A stretch of DNA of 64,000 bases from Ignavibacteriota bacterium (GTDB lineage Bacteria > Bacteroidota > Ignavibacteria > UBA10030 > UBA6906): NCBI GenBank assembly GCA_963801355.1, contig CAWDEM010000004.1:1312001-1376000 (forward strand). Reading direction: 5' to 3'. Positions 10,006-19,528 of this stretch are shown here, piece by piece. A program made the position numbers and the translations under genes. Each line of letters starts with the position of its first letter. The first letter of the stretch is position 1. The notes under the pieces were generated by a model. That model made no database searches, was not told where the DNA came from, and saw only the letters and a list, made by a program, of their open reading frames with translations.

Positions 10006-10034
10006 TTGCATATCAGGGGCACCATGGCTATATT
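10006..10034 (+). promoter_or_regulatory. sigma-70-type promoter for the proline dehydrogenase/OPT operon
   Basis: TTGCAT-17 bp-TATATT. Confidence 0.55.
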
Positions 10035-10127
10035 GTGGGCACATGCTGCGTCTTGCTGTCCGTTCTCACCTGATTCCACAGTTCTATCCGAAAAGGCCTT
10101 GATTTTGCCACTTTTGTGAGACCATCC

Positions 10128-11030
10128 ATGCTTTTTTTGAACAAATTGGTTGTCGCCGCGGTCCCGCTTGTCCCCCGGCGCATCATCCGCTTTTTTGCCG
10201 GCCGCTACATTGCCGGTGAGACGCTCGAAGATGCGATCCGGTGCGTCCGCCAGCTCAACGGCGAAGGGGTCCGTGGCACGATGGATGTCCTCGGGGAGGA
10301 CATCAGCACGCGCGCCGAGGCGATTGCCGCCAAGAAGCAATCCATCGTGGTACTGCATGCCATTGCGAAGGAAAAACTCGATTCGAATCTTTCCATCAAA
10401 TTGACCTCACTGGGTCTGAAAATCGACAAACAGTTCTGTGTCGAGAACGTTCGTGACATACTGAAGGTTGCCCTCGACCATGGAAATTTCGTCCGCATCG
10501 ACATGGAGGACTCCAGTTGTACCACCGACACACTCGACGTGTTCCGAACAGTGCGGAGGGAATTTTCCGGCGTCGGTATTGTTGTACAGGCATATCTTTT
10601 CCGGACGGAAGACGATGTGCGGGATCTCATGGCGGACCGGGCCAACTTCCGACTGTGCAAAGGCATCTACAAGGAGCCGAAGGAGATCGCCTTTCAGTCG
10701 CGCGAAGATGTGCGGGGGAACTATCGGAAACTTCTCGAGCAGATGCTGACGGGAGGCAGTTACGTCGGCATTGCCACCCATGACAGCGTGCTCATTGACG
10801 CTGCGGTTGCATTGATCAAAAAGCTGGGGCTGCGGAAGGATCAGTACGAATTTCAGATGCTCCTCGGGGTGCGGCCCGAGCTCCGGAAGAAACTGGTGCG
10901 CGATGGGCACGCTGTGCGGCTCTACATTCCCTACGGTGAACACTGGTACGGATATTCGACGCGGCGATTCAAGGAGAATCCGGAGATCGCCGGGTATGTG
11001 TTTAAGGCACTGTTCACGCGCAACGCATAG
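10128..11030 (+). CDS. monofunctional proline dehydrogenase
   Basis: RYIAGE, SIKLT, RIDMED, QAYL, RLCKGIY, IATHD, FQMLLG, YIPYG. Confidence 0.93.
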   Translation: MLFLNKLVVAAVPLVPRRIIRFFAGRYIAGETLEDAIRCVRQLNGEGVRGTMDVLGEDISTRAEAIAAKKQSIVVLHAIAKEKLDSNLSIKLTSLGLKIDKQFCVENVRDILKVALDHGNFVRIDMEDSSCTTDTLDVFRTVRREFSGVGIVVQAYLFRTEDDVRDLMADRANFRLCKGIYKEPKEIAFQSREDVRGNYRKLLEQMLTGGSYVGIATHDSVLIDAAVALIKKLGLRKDQYEFQMLLGVRPELRKKLVRDGHAVRLYIPYGEHWYGYSTRRFKENPEIAGYVFKALFTRNA

Positions 11031-11073
11031 GATAGTCTTACAACAATTACTCTACTCTTGACGAGGAGCACAC

Positions 11074-13143
11074 ATGGCGGAACCCACTCATAAGCCCTAT
11101 GTCTCTCCGGATACGGACATGAAGGAGTTTACCATCCGCGCACTCATCATCGGCCTGGTGATGTGTGTCGTCCTTGGTGCGGCAAACGCGTATCTGGGCC
11201 TGAAAGCGGGCATGACCATTGCCGCTACCTATCCGGCCGCCGTCATCGGGATGGCGCTGTTGCGTATCTGGAAGGGGAGCATACTCGAAGAAAATTTCGC
11301 CAGGACGGTCGGCTCGATCGGCGAATCGGTGGCCGCAGGAGCTGTCTTCACGATTCCTGCATTCGTTGTTCTCGGACTCTGGCAATTCAGTCCGGAAACA
11401 ATGTGGACCGAGTACCTCACGGCCTCCGCTCTCATGATCCTGGGCGGAATTCTGGGCATCATGTTCGTCACCGTGCTCCGCCGTGTCATGGTGGAGGACA
11501 GATCGCTGCCATTCCCTGAGTCGGTGGCTGCAGGCGAGATTCACAAGGCCGGACAGCGCGGGGCCGATGCCGCAATGCAGTTGTTCAAGGCCATGGGTGT
11601 CGGTGCGCTGATCAAGCTGCTCGACGGATTCCGCGTGTTCCAGGCGTCGAACGATTTTCAGGTGATGGTCGGACGCGTGAAGGAGAGTTTTGTCAAGCTC
11701 GGGCTCAGCGACAAGGCGGAGAAAGTCGCCGCAGGCGGTGTCACCACGATTTCCGCTCCCGCCGCGACGCCCGCCTATATCGGCGTCGGGTATATCATCG
11801 GTCCCGAACTCGGCGCGCTGAACTTCGCCGGGGGCTTGCTGGCGTGGGGACTGTTCGTTCCGCTGCTTGTGTTCTTCCTGGGCCCCCTGCAGATCGACAG
11901 CTACCTTGCGTCAAGCGGTGGTGACAGTGATGCCGCCTGGGCCGCTCTTGCCGGTCACCTGTACCGGTACATCGTCCGGCCGATTGCGGTCGGCGGCATG
12001 CTGGTCGGCGCGACCTTTACGCTCTGGAAGATGCGCAAGAACCTGATCCTGGGGATCAAGCGCGGAATGGCGGACGTCAGAAAATCAGCAAGCGCCGTGG
12101 GTGCCACAAACCGCACCGAGGAGGATCTGCCGTTCAAGTTCGTGTTGTTCGTCGTTGCCATCGTGTTCGGTTTGATGATCGCCCTCTACTTCTATTTTAC
12201 CGGCATGATCCTGGGGGCAATCCTTTCCGCCGTCGTGATGCTCATTGCAGGATTTTTCTTTGCCGCTGTTTCCGGAAACCTTGTCGGCATGATTGGCTCG
12301 TCCAATAACCCGATTTCAGGTCTGACGCTTGCAACGACTGTCGTTGCCGCGCTCACGATGGTTATCATCGGTTTGAACGGACCATCCGGGGTGGCTGCGG
12401 TTCTCGGTGTTGCCGCCGTGGTGTGCGTGTCGTCCGCGGTTGCAGGCGAGATGCTTCAGGACCTGAAAGTCGGTCACATCCTGGGAGGCACGCCCCGCAA
12501 GATGCAGATAGGGGACATCATCGGGGTCATTCTGGCCGGGCTCGTCATGTTCTTCCCGCTGTATGTGCTGCATAATTCCGATCTGGCGGCCAACGCCGCC
12601 GGAGGCGGGTTCGGCGGCAAGACGCTCCCCGCCCCGCAGGCCGGGCTTATGGCCGCGCTTTCCCAGGGAATTGTAGGCGGAGAAATGGCGTGGCCACTGG
12701 TGGTTGTCGGCATTGCCATGGGCATTTCCCTCATCCTGATCAAGGTCCGCAGCCCGATGCTGTTCTCTGTCGGGATGTACCTGCCCCTGGAAACAACATT
12801 TGCGATTTTCGTCGGGGGGGTCATCCGCGGTATCGTTGACAAGATGGCCCGGAAACGGGGCTTCAACGACGCCCAGAAGGCACGGGTGGAAAACGCCGGA
12901 ATCCTGAGCGCCTCCGGCCTGATCGCCGGCGAAGCTCTTATTGGATTGTTTATCGCCGTGGTGGTCTTTGCGCGCGATCAGATGGGCGAGAAGGCGGAGT
13001 TCTGGACCATTCCCGGATTTGAGACTGTCGGTCCGTGGCTGGCACTTCTGGTGTTCGGTGTACTCGCAGCGTACCTGATTCGTGTGCCGCTGTCGAAGGC
13101 CGGCCGCCCGGATGAGCCCGCGCCGCCAAGCGCGATGATGTAA
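11074..13143 (+). CDS. OPT-family oligopeptide transporter
   Basis: NAYLGLKAG, LPFPES, GSSNNPISG, QDLKVGH, PAPQAGLM; many TM helices. Confidence 0.93.
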   Translation: MAEPTHKPYVSPDTDMKEFTIRALIIGLVMCVVLGAANAYLGLKAGMTIAATYPAAVIGMALLRIWKGSILEENFARTVGSIGESVAAGAVFTIPAFVVLGLWQFSPETMWTEYLTASALMILGGILGIMFVTVLRRVMVEDRSLPFPESVAAGEIHKAGQRGADAAMQLFKAMGVGALIKLLDGFRVFQASNDFQVMVGRVKESFVKLGLSDKAEKVAAGGVTTISAPAATPAYIGVGYIIGPELGALNFAGGLLAWGLFVPLLVFFLGPLQIDSYLASSGGDSDAAWAALAGHLYRYIVRPIAVGGMLVGATFTLWKMRKNLILGIKRGMADVRKSASAVGATNRTEEDLPFKFVLFVVAIVFGLMIALYFYFTGMILGAILSAVVMLIAGFFFAAVSGNLVGMIGSSNNPISGLTLATTVVAALTMVIIGLNGPSGVAAVLGVAAVVCVSSAVAGEMLQDLKVGHILGGTPRKMQIGDIIGVILAGLVMFFPLYVLHNSDLAANAAGGGFGGKTLPAPQAGLMAALSQGIVGGEMAWPLVVVGIAMGISLILIKVRSPMLFSVGMYLPLETTFAIFVGGVIRGIVDKMARKRGFNDAQKARVENAGILSASGLIAGEALIGLFIAVVVFARDQMGEKAEFWTIPGFETVGPWLALLVFGVLAAYLIRVPLSKAGRPDEPAPPSAMM

Positions 13144-13147
13144 GAGG

Positions 13148-13225
13148 AGCGGGCAATAGGCATGGGGCAATAGGCAATGGGGTGACTGGTGCTCATGCCC
13201 AATGCCTGACGCCCGGTGCCTATTC
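13148..13225. repeat. inverted heptamer repeat element, (GGCN4)x4 ... (N4GCC)x4
   Basis: GGCAATA GGCATGG GGCAATA GGCAATG, a spacer, then TCATGCC CAATGCC TGACGCC CGGTGCC. Confidence 0.7.
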
Positions 13226-13256
13226 ACTTCCAATGAATCACAAAGGAGGATACAGT

Positions 13257-14714
13257 ATGTCCAACGCCATTGATGGATTGAAACCTGCGCTGGTCTGGAA
13301 GTACTTTGCGGAAATTGCGAAGGTCCCGCGCTGCTCCAAGCACGAGGGAGCGATCGTGAAGTATGTTCTGGATACCGCCAGGAAGCTCGGCCTCGAGGCG
13401 AAAGCAGACAAGTTCGGCAATGTCGTCGTGCGCAAACCGGCCTCACCCGGGAGGGAGCAAGTGAAGAGCATCGCACTCCAGGGTCACCTCGATATGGTCT
13501 GCGAAAAGAACAACGACACGATACATGATTTTTCGAAAGATCCTATTGAGCTGGTGCGCAAGGAAAACATGTTGATGGCCAATGGCACAACGCTCGGCGC
13601 CGACAACGGCATCGCCGTCGCGACGAACCTTGCGATCATGGAAGACCGCTCCCTGGAACACGGTCCGCTTGAATTCCTCTTCACTGTTGATGAGGAAACC
13701 GGCCTGACGGGGGCGAGCAATCTCAGCGCCGACGCGCTGAAGAGCAAGACGTTGCTCAACCTGGATTCGGAGGAGGAGGGCCATCTCTATGTGGGGTGCT
13801 CGGGCGGCCGCAACACTTTTGGATCCTGGAAGCTGGCGACAGATGCTGCCGGTGCCGGCCTGATCGCGGCGGAGCTCACAGTGACCGGCTTGAAGGGAGG
13901 ACACTCGGGCCTGGAGATCGATAAAAATCGAGGGAACTCGATCAAGATTATCACACGCGTACTGCAACCCCTTTCTCTTCTCGGCGTCCGCATCGCATCG
14001 ATCGGTGGAGGCAACAAGCACAATGCGATCCCGCGCGAGGCTTCAGCGCTGGTCTTTGTTCCGAAAAGGGCATGGGCGAATTCGGCGAAGACCGTTGCCG
14101 CGTGCGAGGAAATCATGAAGGCGGAACTCGGGAACGTGGACCCCGATCTTTCCATACTCTTGAAGGAAAAAAAGGGCGTCAAGCGCGGCAGAGTCATGAA
14201 GAAGACGCTGCAAAAGAAGATTCTCCAGACACTCGGCGTTCTGCCCCACGGCGTCATCAAGATGAGCTCCGATATTCGGGGGCTCGTGGAAACGTCGACG
14301 AATGTCGCGACAATCAAGACGACGAAAAAGGTCGTGGAAGTGGTGACCAGCCAGCGCAGTTCTGTGGCTTCGGAAAATGCCGACATATGCCAGACCGTCC
14401 GGATGATTTTCGAGCTCGGCGGCGCTGCGGCAAGGCACAGCGATGGTTACCCCGGGTGGAAACCCAATCTGGATTCGCCCATCCTTGCTATTGCCAGGAA
14501 CACGTACCACACACTGTTCAATAAAGACCCGGAAGTCAAGGCGATTCATGCCGGGCTCGAATGCGGAATCCTCGGGGAACGGTGTCCCGGTATGGACATG
14601 CTGTCATTCGGTCCGACACTGGAGGGCGTGCATTCGCCCGACGAGAAGATCCACATCGATACCGTGGAAAAGTACTGGCAGTTCCTGCTGGGAATCCTCA
14701 GGAATGCCACGTAG
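13257..14714 (+). CDS. pepD: aminoacyl-histidine dipeptidase (M20C)
   Basis: LQGHLDMV, TTLGADNG, DEETG, NLDSE, GGHSG, IHAGLECG, HSPDE; AGGAGG RBS. Confidence 0.94.
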   Translation: MSNAIDGLKPALVWKYFAEIAKVPRCSKHEGAIVKYVLDTARKLGLEAKADKFGNVVVRKPASPGREQVKSIALQGHLDMVCEKNNDTIHDFSKDPIELVRKENMLMANGTTLGADNGIAVATNLAIMEDRSLEHGPLEFLFTVDEETGLTGASNLSADALKSKTLLNLDSEEEGHLYVGCSGGRNTFGSWKLATDAAGAGLIAAELTVTGLKGGHSGLEIDKNRGNSIKIITRVLQPLSLLGVRIASIGGGNKHNAIPREASALVFVPKRAWANSAKTVAACEEIMKAELGNVDPDLSILLKEKKGVKRGRVMKKTLQKKILQTLGVLPHGVIKMSSDIRGLVETSTNVATIKTTKKVVEVVTSQRSSVASENADICQTVRMIFELGGAAARHSDGYPGWKPNLDSPILAIARNTYHTLFNKDPEVKAIHAGLECGILGERCPGMDMLSFGPTLEGVHSPDEKIHIDTVEKYWQFLLGILRNAT

Positions 14715-14757
14715 CCGTACGGTACGGTCCGGAAAGAACACTGTCTGTATACACAAC

Positions 14758-14787
14758 GCCCGGGGCGGAGGCTTCGGGCTTTGTTGC
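14758..14787 (+). terminator. hairpin, probable intrinsic terminator after pepD
   Basis: GCCCGGGGC-GGAG-GCTTCGGGC followed by TTTGTT. Confidence 0.55.
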
Positions 14788-14819
14788 TCCCCATCTATCA
14801 CATTCAGGAGGATACAACC

Positions 14820-15227
14820 ATGAACAAGAAATTCTGGTTGGGTTTCATAGCGGTATTTGTCACCGCGGAAATCCTCAGCTTTCTCGTGGATGGCTTTCTT
14901 CTCAAGGCCGACTATGAGGCCATGGCTCACCTCTGGCGGCCTGACATGATGTCATTCATGTGGGTGTATCACGTGCTCATGCTGGTCGGCGCGTTTTTCT
15001 TCACGTTGATATTCTCAAAGGGCTACGAGGGAAAGGGGATCATGGAGGGAGTGCGCTACGGCCTGTATATCGGTATCTGGATGAGCATGGGCATGGCCTA
15101 TGGTACGTATACCATGATTGCCATCCCGTATTCGTTGGCTCTCAAGTGGTTTCTGTTAGGCATCGTGCAGTACATAATCATGGGAATCGTCGTGGCGGCG
15201 GTCTACGGGAAGAAAAAAACTGCATAG
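14820..15227 (+). CDS. small four-TM membrane protein of unknown function
   Basis: CAGGAGG RBS; four hydrophobic segments. Confidence 0.8.
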   Translation: MNKKFWLGFIAVFVTAEILSFLVDGFLLKADYEAMAHLWRPDMMSFMWVYHVLMLVGAFFFTLIFSKGYEGKGIMEGVRYGLYIGIWMSMGMAYGTYTMIAIPYSLALKWFLLGIVQYIIMGIVVAAVYGKKKTA

Positions 15228-15241
15228 AGGTTTTGGCAGCG

Positions 15242-16744
15242 TTAGAGGCTTCTCCGGACGGAGAGCTGCGGGTGAACACGGAAGATCTCATAGAGCCGGT
15301 GCTGTAATTGCCGGAAGGCCGCCGACTGCTTCCGCGGGGACGGGCCCGCGAGTTCACCCCAGCTGCTGTCCGCCTCCGCAAGGGCGCGATCCAGCTCCCA
15401 TCGGTGCTCGAAGATGCTCCCGTGCAGCGCGGCGAGTGACTGGTGCTGTTGCGGCGTGAGGGGCAGGGGTTCGGATTGAGTGAACGCCCGCACAGTGTCC
15501 ACGACAAGGGTGTCAAGGTCGGCGCAGTCGAAGAGGACGACCATCTCCTTTTCCGACCAGGGACGAATCCGCTGCAGGGTCTGACGGAATTGTGCCGAGC
15601 CGGTGATTGGCTTTCCGTCGAGTGCGGCGAGAGCCCTGCTGTCGAGCCCCCGCTGTGAAAGCTCCTGCCGGACACCCGGGGTAATGACATAGCTTGAGGT
15701 CTTCACGACCTCGAGTTCGAACACATTCTGTGCAATGAACAGCGCGATGTAGCAGCTGAGTCCAGCAACAACCGGCGCAACAGCCCATCCACCCGCGATC
15801 TTTCCGAGAACGTTGTAATTGATCCCTCTGCCCCCCTTTGCGAGACCGACGCCGATCACGGCGCCGATGACAACCTGTGTGCTGGAAAGGGGTACCAGCG
15901 GAATTGTCGGGAGCCCCGTGTGGAGGAGGAATGCTTCGAGGGACTCGGATGTGAAGAGAAAGAGAACAAGGACTTCCGCCAACACGACAACCAGGCCGGC
16001 GAGCGGGGTGATCTTGTAGAGGTCACGGCCAACCGTCATCATGACCTGTTCGCCGTACGTGAGAATCCCGACAGCGATGGCGAGGCCGCCGAGGAAGAAG
16101 AGCATGCGGGTGCCGCTGAAGGTGAACAGCCCGCTGACGGCAACATCGCCAAACGGGACGGCGGGAACGAACATCCCCATGACATTGGCAATATTGTTCG
16201 CTCCCAGCAGGTAGGATGCCGCCGCGCCGAGGGCGAGAAGCCCCGTCCGCGTGTAGGCATCCAGCGTGAGTATGTGCAGCCGACGGCCGCGCAGGAGTGC
16301 CGTCAGGGCCTTGAATAAGAGGAACGCGAACACCGCTGAAAGAAGAGGACCGACGAGCCAGGTGCTGACAATGCGCGAAAGAGAGTAGGTGTCGGTCGGG
16401 GATCCCGTGAACAGGTTCCAGCCGACGATTCCGCCGACGACCGCCTGTGAGGTGCTGACCGGGAGCCGGATCGTGGTCATCCATGTGACGGTGAGCCCGA
16501 CGGCAAGTGCCACCGTGAAGCATCCTGCAATCGCATTGACCGCACCCAGCGTGGTGAGTGTGCGTGTTGGGCCGGCTCCGCTGACCACAGCGCCGAGAAT
16601 GACGAAGACACCGGCAATAATGGCGGCAGTGCGAAAGCGCACCATCCGTGAGGATACCGCTGATCCGAAGACGTTGACCGCATGGTTCGCCCCGAGGGAC
16701 CATCCCAGGAAGAGTCCGGTGCTCATGTACAGCCATTCGATCAT
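15242..16744 (-). CDS. PiT-family inorganic phosphate transporter with soluble C-terminal extension
   Basis: GANHAVN and GANNIAN signature repeats; PVSTSQ and PLSSTQ. Confidence 0.9.
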   Translation of the reverse strand: MIEWLYMSTGLFLGWSLGANHAVNVFGSAVSSRMVRFRTAAIIAGVFVILGAVVSGAGPTRTLTTLGAVNAIAGCFTVALAVGLTVTWMTTIRLPVSTSQAVVGGIVGWNLFTGSPTDTYSLSRIVSTWLVGPLLSAVFAFLLFKALTALLRGRRLHILTLDAYTRTGLLALGAAASYLLGANNIANVMGMFVPAVPFGDVAVSGLFTFSGTRMLFFLGGLAIAVGILTYGEQVMMTVGRDLYKITPLAGLVVVLAEVLVLFLFTSESLEAFLLHTGLPTIPLVPLSSTQVVIGAVIGVGLAKGGRGINYNVLGKIAGGWAVAPVVAGLSCYIALFIAQNVFELEVVKTSSYVITPGVRQELSQRGLDSRALAALDGKPITGSAQFRQTLQRIRPWSEKEMVVLFDCADLDTLVVDTVRAFTQSEPLPLTPQQHQSLAALHGSIFEHRWELDRALAEADSSWGELAGPSPRKQSAAFRQLQHRLYEIFRVHPQLSVRRSL

Positions 16745-16752
16745 CGGGGGGC

Positions 16753-17397
16753 CTACAGACTCCGTTTGATGGTGGCGATTGCGAGGCGGTCGCACACATC
16801 TTCGGCTTCATCGGAGATGCCTTCGATGTGATAGGCGAAGTACCGCATGTGGATCTTGTTGCTGAGGTCGAGGTTCATCCGGAAGACCGTCCGCTTGATC
16901 TGGTCCCCCCTCAAATCAGCCTCATGTTCGTAGAACATCGTCTTGTTGATGTGGTCCCGGACACGATCGGGGTCGCGGAAATACGAACGCCCGGCGCTGA
17001 CCATTGATTCGACCGCGGCCATGGATGCATCCGTCAGTTCCAGGAAGAGGGGTTTGAGTTCCTCGATGAGGTCCGGCATCTCCACGTCAAACTGGGTAAG
17101 TGTTTCGGCGATCCGGTTCAGGACGCGGTCGATGCTTTCGAGGAGGCCCAGGACATCACCCCTGGAATCGGGGATCAGTGTTTCGGAGTAGAGCCGGGTT
17201 TCGATGGCGCGGCGCTGTACATCGGCGCTGCTTTCGATGGCATCGAGATCGCGCAGGTTCGCACTGAAATGTTCAAGGTCTCCGCTGCAATAGCATTTCA
17301 GTCCTTCTCTGAACAACAGGGAACCCCGGATCACCAGGTCGAGATAGTCGTCAATCTGGCGCTCGAGACCGTGGGTTTTGCGGAGCAGTATGTCCAT
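16753..17397 (-). CDS. DUF47/PhoU-like phosphate transport regulator
   Basis: ESSAD and EHEAD helical repeats; AGGAGG RBS; directly upstream of the PiT gene. Confidence 0.88.
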   Translation of the reverse strand: MDILLRKTHGLERQIDDYLDLVIRGSLLFREGLKCYCSGDLEHFSANLRDLDAIESSADVQRRAIETRLYSETLIPDSRGDVLGLLESIDRVLNRIAETLTQFDVEMPDLIEELKPLFLELTDASMAAVESMVSAGRSYFRDPDRVRDHINKTMFYEHEADLRGDQIKRTVFRMNLDLSNKIHMRYFAYHIEGISDEAEDVCDRLAIATIKRSL

Positions 17398-17535
17398 GGG
17401 GAACCTCCTTCATCCCATAGATAACAAATTCCGATGAGTTATGCGAGAGGGAGGGTCCGCGTTGCTGCTTTCTTTCCAGAAGGGGAATATGTACATTTGG
17501 TCACTTTGCCAATGCATCCAGACGAAAGACCGGCC

Positions 17536-18906
17536 ATGGATACAACGTCCCGCTTCGATGCAACGCATCCCCTCCCCCCGGGGTGGTTCCGCTGGCTCGT
17601 GCTGATCCTGATCAGCTTTGCGATGTTCGGCAACTATTACATCTATGACAGCATCAGTCCGCTTGCCGACGTTCTCAAAGCCCAGCTCGGCTATTCCGAT
17701 TCCGAAATCGGGCTCCTCAACGCCATCTATAGTTTCCCCAATATCATCATGGTGCTCATCGGCGGACTGATTATCGACCGCATCGGCACCCGCAAATCCG
17801 TGGTGATATTCACCGCAGTCATCATGATCGGGGCTGCCGTGACCTCGGCGTCGGGAAATATCGTCTCCATGGCTGCCGGGCGGCTCATCTTCGGCCTGGG
17901 TGCAGAATCCATGATCGTCGCCGTCACCACAGCTGTGGCCCGCTGGTTCAAGGGCAAAGAACTCTCGTTTGCGTTCGGCATCAATCTCACTGTTGCCCGT
18001 CTGGGTTCGTTCCTTGCGTTGAACGCCCCGACGTGGGGAAAGAGTCTCTACGAATACTGGCAGACCCCGCTCCTTATCACCGTCGCAGCCGGCGTATTTG
18101 CCATGCTCTGTGCGGCGCTGTATGCGCTCCTCGACCGTTCGGCAACGCGGTGGTATGCGGTGGAAAGCGATGGACGTCAGGAGAAGGTCGTCATCAAAGA
18201 GATCTTCAATTTTGGAGGGTCGTTCTGGTATATCACAGCGCTGTGCGTCACGTTCTATTCGGCGATGTTCCCCTTTCAGACCTTCGCGATCAAGTTCTTT
18301 CAGGAGGCGCACGGCACGACGCGGGAAGTGGGGGGGAATCTCTCCAGCATGCTGACCCTGGCCGCCATGATCTTCACCCCGTTATTCGGCCTCCTGGCGG
18401 ACCGAGTCGGGAAGCGCGCCCTGTTCATGATGTTCGGCTCCGTGCTGATCATTCCCGTCTACCTTATGATGGCCTATAAGGTCGATGTCGCAACACCGCT
18501 CGGACTTTCGGGATACATCGCCTTGAATATCGACTTCTTTGATATCCATTCACTCATCCCCGCGTACCTTGTCATTCCGATGTCGATGATGGGGATTGCC
18601 TTCTCCCTGATACCCGCGATCATGTGGCCCTCGGTTGCATATGTCGTCGATCAGTCGAAGCTGGGGACCGCGTACGGGTTGATGACCATGATCCAGAACG
18701 TGGGATTGTTCGCGTTCAATCTTTTGATTGGATGGGCGAACGATCTTGCCGGTGCGGGGGCGATGCACCCTGAGGGGTACACGCCGGGGATGTGGATTTT
18801 CTCGTCGCTGGGGTTCTTCGGATTCGTGTTCGCGTTCTTGCTGCGCCGCCGCGAAACCGGGCCGGCCGCACATGGTCTGGAAACGATCACAACCAAAACG
18901 CGGTAG
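17536..18906 (+). CDS. MFS transporter, MFSD1-like
   Basis: About 12 TM helices, motif A 'GLIIDRIGTR', 'FGNYYIYDSISPL', 'GRLIFGLGAES', 'WFKGKEL'. Confidence 0.88.
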   Translation: MDTTSRFDATHPLPPGWFRWLVLILISFAMFGNYYIYDSISPLADVLKAQLGYSDSEIGLLNAIYSFPNIIMVLIGGLIIDRIGTRKSVVIFTAVIMIGAAVTSASGNIVSMAAGRLIFGLGAESMIVAVTTAVARWFKGKELSFAFGINLTVARLGSFLALNAPTWGKSLYEYWQTPLLITVAAGVFAMLCAALYALLDRSATRWYAVESDGRQEKVVIKEIFNFGGSFWYITALCVTFYSAMFPFQTFAIKFFQEAHGTTREVGGNLSSMLTLAAMIFTPLFGLLADRVGKRALFMMFGSVLIIPVYLMMAYKVDVATPLGLSGYIALNIDFFDIHSLIPAYLVIPMSMMGIAFSLIPAIMWPSVAYVVDQSKLGTAYGLMTMIQNVGLFAFNLLIGWANDLAGAGAMHPEGYTPGMWIFSSLGFFGFVFAFLLRRRETGPAAHGLETITTKTR

Positions 18907-18940
18907 GCACGCGGGTGTGATGCCTCTGTGTGCCCTGATC

Positions 18941-19528
18941 CTATTTCTTCCGTGTCGTCTTCTTTGCCGGTTTTTTCGCCTTGGGCGGCTTCGCCTCTTT
19001 CGGTGGGGGTGTTTCCTTCTTTGTGACGAGCACCTTCCCGAGTTCTGCCTTCAATTTTTCGTAAGAGGCAAAGCGCTCGGTGAAGGCGATCTTCCCGTCT
19101 GAGCGGAGGACGATGATTCTCGGGAGCTTGACGATTTCGTAACTGGAAATGACGTCCGAATCCCGTCCGTACAGCACGGTATAGGGAAGCTTAAAGCTCT
19201 GTGCGTCGGCCTCCACACGACCGCGCATGTCGATCGGGTTGATCGAAAGAATCGAGACGTTTTTGTATTCACTCCAGATCTTTTTGAGAGGCGGAAACTC
19301 CGCCTGGCATTCCCTTCACTTCGACTTCCAGAAATGAAGAATCACTACGCTCTTGCCCGCGTAACTCTGCAGCGTGACGTTCTTGCCCGTTCCCACTGCC
19401 GGCAGGCTGAAGGCCGGCGCTTTGACGCCCGGTGCCAATCCTTCCCCGGCAAAGAGCATGTGTGCGCAGATCGTGAATACGGTAATGGCAAGTATGGTTG
19501 CTGAGCGTCTCATAGATTCCCGGGTCAT
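18941..19528 (-). CDS. exported TlpA/AhpC-like thioredoxin-fold selenoprotein (U-R-E-C); joins ORFs 19316-19528 and 18941-19228
   Basis: Reading through TGA at 19316-19318 gives ...APAFSLP...VILHFWKSK-U-REC-QAEFPPL...KLPRIIVLRSDGKI with no other stop (195 aa). Signal peptide present; SECIS-like hairpin 10 nt downstream. Confidence 0.92.
19289..19305 (-). promoter_or_regulatory. SECIS-like element for UGA 19316
   Basis: AGGCGG[AGTTT]CCGCCT, loop starting at +17 from the UGA. Confidence 0.8.
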
